From an uncultured virus (IMG/VR IMGVR_UViG_3300050581_000229) (taxonomy: Duplodnaviria; Heunggongvirae; Uroviricota; Caudoviricetes), in the IMG/VR virus record IMGVR_UViG_3300050581_000229: a stretch of DNA of 64,000 bases, one strand, 5' to 3'. How positions within the stretch are numbered: position 1 is the stretch's first letter; each line of letters opens with the position of its first letter. The position numbers were made by a program, and so were the translations under genes. This document shows positions 18,504 through 29,208 of the stretch, one piece after another. The notes under the pieces were generated by a model. It made no database searches. It saw nothing but the letters and a program-made list of their open reading frames with translations, and had not been told where the DNA came from.

Positions 18504-19277
18504 GTTTCCGCCTCCTTAAGCGGGCAACAAAAAAGCCCAGGCGTTATTGCCTGAGCTAAGGGGCGTGGAAACAGCCCCATATACAGCCCCCCATAGTTCA
18601 CTTTTGGGGTGTCTATATACACACACTATTACCCTCAGAAATTCCCCCTACCGCCCTATTTGGCGAGCTTCAAATCGCCTCGCCAGGGAGATATAACCGG
18701 ACGATGGAAGAAGTCATTGTTTCGTGGGACGTGGAAGAGAAGATTGGCACGCGCAGGACGATCATCGGCCACATGCACCTTCACTGGCACAGGCAGAATC
18801 TCCGCGAAGAGCGCGATTACTGTGATATATGCGCTGAAACGTATGTTGAGGCGATGTGCGCGGAGTGTTTCAGCGATGTGAAGATGACGAGAGATGAGGC
18901 CGGTGCGTATGTTGATTACGTAGTACGTGCCGATGTCCGCGTTTTGGGAATGGGCGATGCAATTGAATATCTCAAGTTGCACCAGGATTGCGTGATGTAC
19001 TGGCGTAGCGACTACGAGATGTTTGAGATTTGTAGCGACCTGTGGTAGCCCGCCAAATCTTTACATCCCCAGGCCAGTTATGTACGCTCGATCTCATGAC
19101 ACAGATCGAGTTGTTTGAAACGATTGTCGAGTTGCAGAAGCAGATCATTGAGCTACAGAAAGCGGAAATTACGCGGCTCAAACAGACCCCCACATGGACG
19201 TATTGTTCCGCTGCCCCAGAGGAACCAAAACCCTTCAAAACCTGGTATGACGGCAATACGAACAAGGTGGAGTGCTA

Positions 19278-19823
19278 ATGAACTTCCCTTTGTATTGTCA
19301 GCGGTCGAATCCGTGGGGGCCGCTACAGCTTGGAAACGGCAAGTGCACGATTGCGAGTGATGGTTGTGTTGTAACTTCGATTGGTATGGCTGCGGGGATT
19401 ACACCGGATGTGTCAAACCGCAAGCTGAAGGACGCCAGTTGTTTCTACGGTTCGTGTGTTTCGATTCCTCACATTCCCTACGAGCAGGTCTTCGGGAACT
19501 TGAAGTACATCTCCGCGTCAGATTGGTGGGATGACCCGGTGCCAAACGACGTACTGGATGTACTCAGGAAGCACATTCAGGGCGGTAATCCGGCCATTGT
19601 GTGCGTGGACTCGATGCCCGCGATGAAAGGGGTGCAATACCACTACATGCTGGCTGTAGGGGTTGGCCCAACGGGAGAAATCATCGTCAATGACCCCTGG
19701 TACAACGTGACGGACGAGATCGGGAACATCAACAAGATTTGGTGGCAGAAGCTCTTGCGGGGAACGTATGGGGAAGACTCTGCCCACTGCATTTATCGGT
19801 TTGATTTGTTGAAGGCGATTTAA
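19278..19823 (+). CDS. C39-like cysteine peptidase (candidate cell-wall or surface hydrolase)
   Basis: YCQR..W....LG....TI...GCVVTS..M; HYML; IIVNDPW. Confidence 0.85.
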   Translation: MNFPLYCQRSNPWGPLQLGNGKCTIASDGCVVTSIGMAAGITPDVSNRKLKDASCFYGSCVSIPHIPYEQVFGNLKYISASDWWDDPVPNDVLDVLRKHIQGGNPAIVCVDSMPAMKGVQYHYMLAVGVGPTGEIIVNDPWYNVTDEIGNINKIWWQKLLRGTYGEDSAHCIYRFDLLKAI

Positions 19824-21046
19824 TGGCGTACATTGTAAACGGCGACGAATGGGTAAATGTGCGGGCGGCACCAAGCACAGACGCGGAGATTGTTGGTGCA
19901 ATTCAGACGGGGAAGACGATTGAGCCGGTTGAGATCGTGAATGGGTGGGCGAAGATCGCCTTAAATTCGGGGGATACGGTCATCCAGGTGCCGGAGACGC
20001 TTGTGCCGGAATATGGCTACATGCTCGCGAGGCTATTGACGGCTCCTACGACCACCTCCCCAACGAGCAAGAAGGCGATCCTTGGCGTTAACTGTGTCGA
20101 TAGTGCGGAAGCCGCTGACCAGGCAATCGCGGCTGGGGTGCAAGCGGTCTCGATGACTTTCAACGCGCCCTACTGCAAAACACTCAGGCAATACCACCCC
20201 GGAATTGTGGTTGCTGGGCGCGGGTGTTGGTACAAAGGCAGTGTTCCCAGCTTCACCTTCTTTGACGAGAAGATGGGTGATGCGCTTTACACGGATGGCT
20301 GCCACGTCATCGGGCTCAACGAGGATGACAATGGCATTGGATCATCCGCGAGCGACATCTACAAGCGATTGGACTTCGACACGAAGATGCTCCAACACGT
20401 TAAGGATGTTGGCGGCAGGAACGGCGTCTTCCTCATCTACTGCGGTGGTGGCTTCTCGGCGGGGCAACCAGACATTACGAGCCAGGATGTCATCAAGGCT
20501 CTGGCTGGATATAGCGATCTACTGAAAGACCGCAACTTCGCGTTCAATACCCACACTTACGCGACGGATGACCACGCGAAGGATATTACGCCCACGAAGA
20601 TTCGCGATTTGATCTTCGATGAAACGAATGGCGTTGGGCAGACGGTGCGCTACGTGAATGGCAGGTTCGAGACCTTCGACGAGCGCATCTACCGCACCGA
20701 TTGGACGATTACCCGATGGCGTATGTTCTATCGCCGCTGCGGTTGGCCTTCCCTGGACGAGGACGGCAATCTGACCCGCATCGTGAGCGATGAAACCGGC
20801 ATCGACGTGGGTTCCATCGGTGGATTCAACGCCGTCCCCGGTTGTGACGATGCCTACTTGCAGAAGTTTGCGCGGAAGTGGGTTGAGATTCAGTCTGCAC
20901 CATTCGACATCGGGAATGGAATCATGGAACCATCGCACATGGCGTGGGGTGCAATCTTCCAGTGTGGCGCGAATCCCAGTTGGGGCGGCTACAACATCCA
21001 GACGAAGCTGAGTTCATTCCAGGCTTGTGGTTGGGGGCAGGCTTGA
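19823..21046 (+). CDS. SH3b domain plus probable glycoside-hydrolase-like domain (endolysin candidate)
   Basis: VNVRAAPST.AEIVG.I..G..GW (SH3b); T/P linker; IGLNE, HTY and DETG resemble clan GH-A catalytic positions. Confidence 0.65.
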   Translation: MAYIVNGDEWVNVRAAPSTDAEIVGAIQTGKTIEPVEIVNGWAKIALNSGDTVIQVPETLVPEYGYMLARLLTAPTTTSPTSKKAILGVNCVDSAEAADQAIAAGVQAVSMTFNAPYCKTLRQYHPGIVVAGRGCWYKGSVPSFTFFDEKMGDALYTDGCHVIGLNEDDNGIGSSASDIYKRLDFDTKMLQHVKDVGGRNGVFLIYCGGGFSAGQPDITSQDVIKALAGYSDLLKDRNFAFNTHTYATDDHAKDITPTKIRDLIFDETNGVGQTVRYVNGRFETFDERIYRTDWTITRWRMFYRRCGWPSLDEDGNLTRIVSDETGIDVGSIGGFNAVPGCDDAYLQKFARKWVEIQSAPFDIGNGIMEPSHMAWGAIFQCGANPSWGGYNIQTKLSSFQACGWGQA

Positions 21047-21402
21047 ATCTTGGGTTGGTTGTCGCATTGGTTTGTTACGCCGGGGTCGCCTCTCAATACG
21101 GCCCCGGTATCATGACCAACGTTGTGGAATATCGGCGGGAATGGCATCAGTTACCTCCCCTTCCAGCAGTGGGGTATATCGCGGTGGATGATTGCAGCCG
21201 GATTGGTGAGCGGGTTTGGGTTAAGCATGGTGATGATGTGGAACCGATGGTGGTGGCGGATTGTGCTGGTGATGATGCTACCCGCCGATGGATGCGCGAC
21301 AACAACATTCTGATGGAAGTGGATTACGAGACCGCGTTAAGGTGGGATGCGGTTGGCCGTGGCGAACCCGTTGTGATGTGCAAGGAAGTAAAGAATGAGT
21401 GA
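21043..21402 (+). CDS. RlpA/expansin-like double-psi barrel protein
   Basis: GVASQY, YIAV..C..IG.RV.V, VADC, EVD. Confidence 0.55.
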   Translation: MNLGLVVALVCYAGVASQYGPGIMTNVVEYRREWHQLPPLPAVGYIAVDDCSRIGERVWVKHGDDVEPMVVADCAGDDATRRWMRDNNILMEVDYETALRWDAVGRGEPVVMCKEVKNE

Positions 21403-21736
21403 GTACGATCAGGTCGTTAGTGCATTTGCCACGTTGCAGGGCAAGGCGCTGAGTGTCATGAAGGACAGGCAGCACAAGTACGGGACCGGGAACATCAATC
21501 AGGCCGGGTACAGCGGCGTGCTTGTGCGAATGGGCGATAAGTTGGCACGGTTGAAGAACAGCGGTGAGAACTTCAGCGACGAGTCTCTGGCCGATACGCT
21601 TATCGATCTGTCGAACTACGCTCTCATTGCGCTCATGGTAGTCCAGGGTTCGTGGCCCAAGCCGTCTAAAGAGGATCGCGCGACGATCATCAAGGACCAA
21701 ATCGCGGTCCTGCAAAAAGAGTTGGAAGCACTTTGA
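21395..21736 (+). CDS. DUF1599 / nucleotide-modification-associated domain protein (all-alpha NTP-PPase-like)
   Basis: HKYG.GNI..GVLVRMGDKLARL..ESLADTLIDLSNYALI. Confidence 0.8.
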   Translation: MSEYDQVVSAFATLQGKALSVMKDRQHKYGTGNINQAGYSGVLVRMGDKLARLKNSGENFSDESLADTLIDLSNYALIALMVVQGSWPKPSKEDRATIIKDQIAVLQKELEAL

Positions 21737-21797
21737 GTCTATTCGGCCTCACCGAATAGGCTATTACGGGCCGGGGCAACCTCTACCCCGGCCATTT

Positions 21798-21829
21798 CAC
21801 TTGACAATAACTGATCCTCTGCTCATTAT
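21798..21829 (+). promoter_or_regulatory. Sigma70-like promoter, copy 1 of CACTTGACAATAAC
   Basis: TTGACA-N17-CATTAT upstream of the terminase operon. Confidence 0.6.
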
Positions 21830-22277
21830 GTTTGCGTGCGGTTTGTAAAACCTGTTTACTACGCCCACAAGGAATTCATTCCTTATCTGGGAAACGGGAT
21901 ATTCCACATCTACCTTCGCAAAGAGAACACTCCCGACTGGTTTTACTACGCATCCATTGTGAAGTTTGTATTTGGGGGATGGGAATGGCAATTGGTACGT
22001 TTGATGGAACCGCGAGTGACACCTGTGAGCCTAAATATAGCTGTACTGTCGGGGCGTGGAAACCGGATGGACACGTTTCATTTGGCGACCCGCCGAGTAA
22101 CGTTGGCTGTACGCCGGAGAACCCCTGGGCCGACTTCAATGGCCGCGAACTCCTAGAGATTAAGTTCGACCGGCTGTACGCTGACGAGTACGCGCATGGC
22201 ACCGAGGGACATCAGATGCGCCTGCTGATCGCTAAGCTCTCGCGTGTTATCGAGAAGCTGGTGGCCCCACTCCCGTA

Positions 22278-24065
22278 ATGCCGAGATCAAAGCCCGCAGA
22301 GACCATCGTCTTAACCGATGGCGATTTGGGAATCATCGACCAGGCTGTAGAGGCCAACAACCCCTCGATCTTCACCAACTACTACATGCGTTCCAGCGGG
22401 AACGGCTACTACGTCTATCCCGGCAGCGTCCGATACGAGCAATACATGAAGGTGCTCGCGTCACGCGGGCAAGCTATTGATAAGGGCAATGGCAATTTCA
22501 AGATTACCACTGATATTGCCAAGATCGAGTTTATCGCCTCTTCGTCAGAAGTGAACTTCCCGGTCAAGCCGATCAAGCTCCCTTCCGGCGAGATCGGTTT
22601 CTTCGAGGAACGCGGGGCTCTACTGCTGCCGTGGGGACTTGAGTTTCACAGGTGCAACCAGGAAGAGATCATCATCATTGGTCTTGCGGGAACGGGGAAA
22701 ACGCTCAACACAGGTTTGTTGGCGATGTTCATGTGCGCCACGATCCCCAACTTCCGTTTCCTGAACGTCGCTCCGACCCTATACCAGTCGAACCTGATGG
22801 TGCGTGCCATCGACGACATGACTCGCGGAACCCTCTTCCGCGAGAAGTTCCTGCTACCAGGGAAAGCAGGCTGGAAGACCGCGCAACAGAAAGTCATCAT
22901 CACGTTCAAGAATGGCTCGACCGCCGAGTTCATGAACGTGGCGAACAACGCGGTCAACATTCAGTCGTGGTATGGCGACTGGATTCACCTGGACGAAGCA
23001 GGTCTATTAGCCGACCTGGACGAAACGGGGACTGAGCAACTGGCAAACATCATGATCGGTCTTGCCACCCGTTTGCGTGGCACGCGGCCAGATGGCAGGC
23101 CAAGGCTCGGTCGGCTCTCGATGACATCGATGGCGTATGACTGCGACACGATGTGGGATCGCTACGAGGCGGGGTTAAAGAAGGGGAACACATCAACCTG
23201 GTCGCGGCTTGTCCTACACAACGAGAACCCCTACCTGACTCCTAAAGACATCGAGCGTATGCGCAGGAATGTGCCAGCCGGTCAGGAAGGCCAGTGGTTG
23301 AGAGGTGAGCGGCCACAGCGCAAGAACGCGGAGTTCCCGCCTGCCATGCTCGATCCGCTGATTTCAAAGACACAGTGGGAGAACGCGGTTAAACATGCTG
23401 ACGATCCCGGTTGGCGAATTGATTTCAGTGGACCAGGCGTAATACGTTACGAAGAGCCATACATTCCCGGTCACATCTACGTGCAGGCTGGCGATCCAGG
23501 AGTCGGCGGGCCGCCTGATCGGAATAGCCCGACCATCATGGTGTTCGACGTAACGAGCTTCCCATACGAGAAGGCCAGACTTGCCGCGTTCTGGTGGGGA
23601 GATGGCGGTGGTAGCTACACGCCGTTCATCAATACGTTCCACGAATACTACGCCCGCTACCGTGTGATGCCGGAATTTCGCGGGTACGACTCAACCAGCA
23701 GTCAAAAGGCCCTGGCGGAACTTGCGTTCACTTCTGGGGAAGGTGAAGTAGTTCCGCTGGGGTTTGAGGGACAGAAGAAGTGGGAGTATTTATCCGCCCT
23801 TAAGCTTCTGCTATCCAGGCAAGTGCTCCAAATCCCCGATGGGATTGAAGGCATTATTCGCCAACTCAGGCGTTACTGCCTGCCCGACAAGAAGATTCCC
23901 CAGGACATTGTGGCGGTGCTCTCGATGATAGCGCGGCTTATTTACCCACTCTATCTAACGGCGTACCCCGAACAAGAGGAAGACGATGAAGAAGAAACTG
24001 GCGTCGTTATTGCGCAGGTTGGCCGATACTCTCGACCCTATTCCAGAAGGCATTATGGGCGCTAG
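22278..24065 (+). CDS. terL: Terminase large subunit
   Basis: Walker A GLAGTGKT, Walker B IHLDEAG, ENPYL, RNase H-like QAGDPG ... QDIVAVL. Confidence 0.92.
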   Translation: MPRSKPAETIVLTDGDLGIIDQAVEANNPSIFTNYYMRSSGNGYYVYPGSVRYEQYMKVLASRGQAIDKGNGNFKITTDIAKIEFIASSSEVNFPVKPIKLPSGEIGFFEERGALLLPWGLEFHRCNQEEIIIIGLAGTGKTLNTGLLAMFMCATIPNFRFLNVAPTLYQSNLMVRAIDDMTRGTLFREKFLLPGKAGWKTAQQKVIITFKNGSTAEFMNVANNAVNIQSWYGDWIHLDEAGLLADLDETGTEQLANIMIGLATRLRGTRPDGRPRLGRLSMTSMAYDCDTMWDRYEAGLKKGNTSTWSRLVLHNENPYLTPKDIERMRRNVPAGQEGQWLRGERPQRKNAEFPPAMLDPLISKTQWENAVKHADDPGWRIDFSGPGVIRYEEPYIPGHIYVQAGDPGVGGPPDRNSPTIMVFDVTSFPYEKARLAAFWWGDGGGSYTPFINTFHEYYARYRVMPEFRGYDSTSSQKALAELAFTSGEGEVVPLGFEGQKKWEYLSALKLLLSRQVLQIPDGIEGIIRQLRRYCLPDKKIPQDIVAVLSMIARLIYPLYLTAYPEQEEDDEEETGVVIAQVGRYSRPYSRRHYGR

Positions 24066-24288
24066 GTATCGCCGCGCTATGTATGGGAGGCACTATGGGC
24101 GATAGCAACCTGATCGTGGTTAATGGATACCTCTACCGCGATTACGGGGATTGGATGAAACGGATCGGCGAGCAGGCCGCGAGTAGGGGTGATGTGCTTG
24201 AGTTTGATGGCAAATGGTATGTCGTAGGCGAGAACATGCGGCTGTGCCAGATGGATGATGCAGAAGTTGTGAGGATTGTGTGGGGTGA

Positions 24289-24690
24289 GTGATGGCCGAT
24301 GAAATGCGGGAGAAGTTAGCAGAATACGCGCACGAAGCATGGGCGGGCTGGATGAAATACCTCTTCGAGAAGTCGCAAAAGAACTCCGATGGCACGGTCA
24401 CTATCCCGAAGTGGGCCGTGGATCGTTGGGAGCGCCAGGCGGCAACACCCTACTGCGAACTGCCAGAGACCGAGAAGATCAGTGACCGCGACGAAGCGGA
24501 CAAGATGCTCAAGATCACGCGGCATCCCGACCTCGGATATGTCATTCAGGATGGCTGTTTGTGGCGCGATCACGGTGATTGGATGGATTTGGTGCGCCGA
24601 CAGGATGCAATTCCCGGCGATTACATCCACATTGATGACGAGTGCTACGTAGTTGAAAGCGTTGTTCGGGCTCGCAGGGAGGATTGCTGA
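24289..24690 (+). CDS. Hypothetical protein with RyR-like motif
   Basis: LAEYAHEAW..W...PY.ELPE.EK.SDR. Confidence 0.6.
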   Translation: MMADEMREKLAEYAHEAWAGWMKYLFEKSQKNSDGTVTIPKWAVDRWERQAATPYCELPETEKISDRDEADKMLKITRHPDLGYVIQDGCLWRDHGDWMDLVRRQDAIPGDYIHIDDECYVVESVVRARREDC

Positions 24691-26285
24691 TGGCCGGTGA
24701 AGCGGTTATTACGGATGGAGATATTTCCCTGGGGCTTGCACGACCAAACAACTATGTTCCCTATACTCCGACGCTCCCGACCAGCCCGGCGGTCTTGCAA
24801 TGGCAGGTTGAGCAGAGCAATTACCGTCGCTATTGGGAATGGTTCTACGGAACAGCATTGAATGAGGAAGACCCGGAAGCCTCAAGAGAACAGCAGGAAC
24901 CGGCCTATTTATGGCCTCTCCATATCAACCCAATCAAGTGGACGTGTATGAAACACGCGGCGGCTCTGTTTGGGGAGGTTCCTGACGACTACGACTCGAT
25001 GGTTCGCATCTCATTCCGCGACGACGATAACCACACCACGGCAAAGTCGAAGAAACATGCTCAGCGGATTAACCGTGTGTGGTTTGACTCGCATGGCAAG
25101 GAAGCGATGGCGACCGCTGGCGTCATGGGCCAGTTCATGAAGGGGAGCTTCTTCAAGGTGAAGTATGACCCCCTGGACAAGAGCCTGAGATACAAGACGA
25201 AGGTCGAGTTGCTAACCCCCGACTTCGTGCTTCCGATCTATAACTCCGCGAACTTCTGGGACCTGGTGGAGTGCTACGTGATGTATTACATCGGCTCCCA
25301 GGAAGCCGAGAGCCGGTTCGGAATCAAGGTTCCCCAGCAAACCAGCGCGGGAAAGATTCTGTATTGCGAGCACTGGACTAAGACCAGGTACGAGATTACG
25401 GTAGGTGGCCTAATTCCAACCTTTGACATCGGCAATTACTCCGTTGAGGAAGGTGGTCGTAATCCCTTCGGCTTCGTGCCATTCGTGTATATCCCCCATC
25501 CCGAGCGGGTCGGGAATTTCTATGGTATGAGCCACGTCGATGACCTTGAAGGGCTGACTTGCGAACTCAATAGCCGCATGGCGGATGTCGGGGATTACGT
25601 GAGCGCTAATAGTGAGTCAATGTATTGGATTCGGAATGTCACCAAGAAGCTGGAGCCCAAACGCCTTGATAAACGTCACCTTGCGATTGATCTTGGCTCC
25701 AAGAATGCCCTTTCACAGTCTGGTGATCCTGAGATCGGTAGACTAGATACCCCAACGGGAACTGCGGTCCACAAGGAATACATTGACCAGCTTCTTAAGA
25801 TGATCGACCGCACCGGCCATCTGTCGCCTGTCGCCTATGGCGAGGATGAGGGGAGCCAGCGGTCGGGAACAACCCTGGCGGCCCGCATGTGGACAACCAC
25901 GGCTCATATCAAGCGCGAACGGGTGCTATTTACCACCGGATTACAGCGGCTTGATTGGATGATCGGTGAAATCATGCGTGTGAAGGGAATCGATGGTGTC
26001 ACCCAGGAGGATGTTTGGCTCAAGAACACCATTGGCTACTTCCCCGCGCTACCGATGGACCGCAAGGAACTTGTGGACGAGGTTGCCGTGCGCAAGGGAA
26101 CTCACACCATTTCTACCCGCCAGGCAGTTGAAACACTCTCGGACGGCTCAATCGACACAGACGCGCACCTGGCGGAAATCGAGCGGGACATCGCGGAAGA
26201 AACGAAGAACCAGACCGAGATCGTGCAAGCGAAAGGATTCCAAAATGCAAAACCTGACACTAAACCAGGCTCTAAGCCTGATTGA
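24690..26285 (+). CDS. Portal protein (SPP1 gp6-like)
   Basis: About 530 aa after terL; NPFGFVPFVYIP..FYGMS.V.DL, SG..L, IS...A. Confidence 0.88.
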   Translation: MAGEAVITDGDISLGLARPNNYVPYTPTLPTSPAVLQWQVEQSNYRRYWEWFYGTALNEEDPEASREQQEPAYLWPLHINPIKWTCMKHAAALFGEVPDDYDSMVRISFRDDDNHTTAKSKKHAQRINRVWFDSHGKEAMATAGVMGQFMKGSFFKVKYDPLDKSLRYKTKVELLTPDFVLPIYNSANFWDLVECYVMYYIGSQEAESRFGIKVPQQTSAGKILYCEHWTKTRYEITVGGLIPTFDIGNYSVEEGGRNPFGFVPFVYIPHPERVGNFYGMSHVDDLEGLTCELNSRMADVGDYVSANSESMYWIRNVTKKLEPKRLDKRHLAIDLGSKNALSQSGDPEIGRLDTPTGTAVHKEYIDQLLKMIDRTGHLSPVAYGEDEGSQRSGTTLAARMWTTTAHIKRERVLFTTGLQRLDWMIGEIMRVKGIDGVTQEDVWLKNTIGYFPALPMDRKELVDEVAVRKGTHTISTRQAVETLSDGSIDTDAHLAEIERDIAEETKNQTEIVQAKGFQNAKPDTKPGSKPD

Positions 26286-26383
26286 CGGAGCTATCGCGGT
26301 TGCTCCACTTAACCGCCGCGAACGGAATGACGTGGAGCAAGCATTCCAGGCGCTAGTCAAGTACATCACTGATACCGCTAAAG

Positions 26384-26415
26384 CACTTGACAATAACACA
26401 TCAGAACATAACAAT
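26384..26415 (+). promoter_or_regulatory. Sigma70-like promoter, copy 2
   Basis: CACTTGACAATAAC; TTGACA-N17-AACAAT upstream of the scaffold and capsid genes. Confidence 0.5.
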
Positions 26416-26472
26416 CAGATCGATAACGCCCCCGCAGCGGCAACGCCCGAGGACGCTCAGGAGAACGAATAA

Positions 26473-27105
26473 ATGGACGAAGGTCGAACTGGAACACCTG
26501 CACAGCCGACACAGCCTGCGGATGCGCCGCAAGACCAGAGCTACGAGGCTCGGTACAACGGACTGAACAGGACTTATCAGGAGCATCGCCAGAAGTGGGA
26601 TGGCGAGAAGACGCAACTCAATGGCATCATTGCCGATCTCACCGGGAAGTCGAAGGATTGGGAAACCAAGTTCGCAGAGGTAGACAAAGCGCGCGCTACC
26701 CTGGCAGAACAGATCGAAGCTCTTAATAAAGCCAAGGCTGATGCAGATTCCAAAGCCGCCACTTTGGAGAAGCGATTGTCGAGGCAGTCTCTATTCATGT
26801 CCAAATACCCCGATCTCGCTGGATATGAACAGGAAGGCTTGCTGCGCACAGACCTGGAAGGCGACGAACTGGATGCCTATCTCTCCAAGATGGAAGCCAG
26901 ACTCGGAACGGTTAAGAAAGCCGCGATGGATGACTTGATGGAAGGGGCTACTCCAAACGCTGCGCCAGGGACTCGGGAAGACGGCAAGCTCGATATCGAA
27001 ACGCTGGGTAAGCAGATTGATGAAGCACTCGATAAAGGCGACATGGCTACTTACGAGGCGTTGTTACCCAAGTGGATCGAGCTTTCTGACAACGTAAAAC
27101 GCTAA
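26473..27105 (+). CDS. Capsid scaffolding protein
   Basis: Coiled-coil 210 aa directly before the capsid gene. Confidence 0.8.
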   Translation: MDEGRTGTPAQPTQPADAPQDQSYEARYNGLNRTYQEHRQKWDGEKTQLNGIIADLTGKSKDWETKFAEVDKARATLAEQIEALNKAKADADSKAATLEKRLSRQSLFMSKYPDLAGYEQEGLLRTDLEGDELDAYLSKMEARLGTVKKAAMDDLMEGATPNAAPGTREDGKLDIETLGKQIDEALDKGDMATYEALLPKWIELSDNVKR

Positions 27106-27142
27106 GGGATAGCTAGTTCCGCTTTGGGGGAGTGGAACTGAA

Positions 27143-28555
27143 ATGGCAGATTCTTTCGGCACCATCTACTCTACTGACCCGTGGGCTGGTGTCGCTTCTA
27201 ATCAGCGTACCTGGTACGACCCGATTCTGCGGGCTCAGTACCGGCGCAACACGCTCTACACTAACCTGGTGCCATACGCCACGCAGCCTATGCTGCCATC
27301 GAACACCCCGTTGATGGTGTTCAACTTCGCGTATGACTTCCAGCCGAATACCGATCCGGCAGCGAACCTTCGCTATAACGAAGTGCCACCGGCATACATG
27401 GACGGCTTTCAGGTTGAGGTGCGCTTCGAGCGCTACCAGTGGCAAACGGCATACGACAAGTTCGATAGCTATATTTCCTATTGGTCCTCGAAGGGCGGCA
27501 ACGCTGGTCTTGCTCCGCTCATTCGCGAGCGCGTGAGCCGCGTGCTGACTGAGACTCAAGACTTGCTGGTTCGCAATGCGTTCCTGAGCACGACCTACAC
27601 GATGCTGCCAAGCTCTTCGTATACCGGCGCGGATCAGGTTACAAGCTCGGACAAGTTCATCCTCGACATGGTGGACGACTCCATCTTGCGTGCGAATACG
27701 CAGAATGTGTGGAACTCCCCGATCCCTGGTATGCAGCAAGGCGACTTGCTGTGCGTGGACTCTCCGGGCCAAATCTACGACGTGGTTTCGGACAACTCTT
27801 CGACTAACCGCTGGATTGAACTGCGCAAGTATCGCGACCTGAGCCCATTCAACAAGTACGAGATGGGTTCGTATCACAGCTCTCGCCATCTGCAAACGAA
27901 CGCGAACTGCTTGTGGAACTGCGGGAAGACGAGCTTTACGACCACGATCACCGCTGCGGCTCAGCCTCAAGATGGTGCGCCTGACCCGGCCACCGCGAAG
28001 GTTGATGGTACGTATAAGGTCGGTCAGGCTGGCTCTCTGGCTACGCACTACCTGACCGTGGCGAGTGCTTCCGGCGTCAAGGTTGGCGATATGGTGACGA
28101 TCCACAAGACCAAGAACCAGGCCGCCGACGTAGCCGCGCAGCCCAAACTGCGCGTGCTGGGTGCGCCTCGCTACGATGAAGGCACGAAGCTTGAGCGCCG
28201 CATCGTGGGTATTAGTGGCAACACCATTACCCTGAACAAGCCTCTGTTGCTTGACTACACCACGGAAGTGAACGCTTCCGGCACAGGCGCGTTGACCCCT
28301 GGTAGTGGCGTGTACGGTTTTGTGACCAAGGGCGTCAACCTGCATGTGAGCATCATGATCGCGGAAGGCAATGGTGTCGTGTGCGGGGTGTGCGTGCCGC
28401 CTCGTGTATATGCCCCAGAACCCATCGACCTGTACAAGAGCGTCTACCGCGTTGGCTGGGATGCCTACCTGAAGTATCAGGTGATCCGGCCAGAGGCGTT
28501 TGAAATCTTTGTAACAGGCGGGACGATGCGCGAAGCCGATCAGATTTACCACTGA
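27143..28555 (+). CDS. Major capsid protein (probable HK97 fold with an inserted beta-rich domain)
   Basis: Position, 470 aa, strong codon bias, C-terminal P.D.....RVGW.AY. Confidence 0.85.
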   Translation: MADSFGTIYSTDPWAGVASNQRTWYDPILRAQYRRNTLYTNLVPYATQPMLPSNTPLMVFNFAYDFQPNTDPAANLRYNEVPPAYMDGFQVEVRFERYQWQTAYDKFDSYISYWSSKGGNAGLAPLIRERVSRVLTETQDLLVRNAFLSTTYTMLPSSSYTGADQVTSSDKFILDMVDDSILRANTQNVWNSPIPGMQQGDLLCVDSPGQIYDVVSDNSSTNRWIELRKYRDLSPFNKYEMGSYHSSRHLQTNANCLWNCGKTSFTTTITAAAQPQDGAPDPATAKVDGTYKVGQAGSLATHYLTVASASGVKVGDMVTIHKTKNQAADVAAQPKLRVLGAPRYDEGTKLERRIVGISGNTITLNKPLLLDYTTEVNASGTGALTPGSGVYGFVTKGVNLHVSIMIAEGNGVVCGVCVPPRVYAPEPIDLYKSVYRVGWDAYLKYQVIRPEAFEIFVTGGTMREADQIYH

Positions 28556-28563
28556 GGCAATGA

Positions 28564-29208
28564 ATGAAATCCTGGGGTGACTTGCTAACCGAGTTCGACG
28601 CGCTGCTAGACGATAGTACACGCACATCGTATTCGGAAGACTTGCGCAAGAGCGCGTGGCAGAGGGCTTGCGAGAACTTCGCAATCTCTCACACAGCGCC
28701 ATTCCGAACGGCAACGGCTTCGGCCAGCGCCTATGCGGAAGGCACATCAGCGGCGTTGCCCCAAGATTTCCTGGAACTACCTTCGGGGGGAGTTGAAGCC
28801 ATTGGGGATGGATGGCTTGAGCCGATTACGGTCGAGCCGGGGGGCTCCATCCCCAACGACGGCTATCTGCTGATGGCAGATGGCATCTATCTGCCCAAGG
28901 GATATACGAATGTGCGCCTGTGGTACTACGCGCACTATCCAACGGTGGAAGATGACACGACAACGTTCGGGCTCCCCTCGTGGGCAGAGTGGGCAGTCAT
29001 GAACCTGGCAATGGCATACATGCTCTATCCATCCATGATGAATCAACAGCTTCTACGGCAATACCAGGATCGAAGCATGGCAGGTGCGCCAGAAGATAAC
29101 CCCCCGCGCAAGCAGGCTCTCTTCCTGATGACGGTCTACAACGACATCATCCGCACGGTCTCCCCGCAAAACCGGGGAATGATCTACACACCTGGTGCGC
29201 GGGTATGA
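28564..29208 (+). CDS. Head-tail adaptor
   Basis: Follows the capsid gene; ALPQDFL, VRLWYYA..P. Confidence 0.7.
   Translation: MKSWGDLLTEFDALLDDSTRTSYSEDLRKSAWQRACENFAISHTAPFRTATASASAYAEGTSAALPQDFLELPSGGVEAIGDGWLEPITVEPGGSIPNDGYLLMADGIYLPKGYTNVRLWYYAHYPTVEDDTTTFGLPSWAEWAVMNLAMAYMLYPSMMNQQLLRQYQDRSMAGAPEDNPPRKQALFLMTVYNDIIRTVSPQNRGMIYTPGARV

Noticed and set aside
27113..28747. 544-aa minus-strand ORF
   Set aside because: Antisense shadow of the codon-biased capsid gene, with R/H/V-rich composition typical of such shadows.
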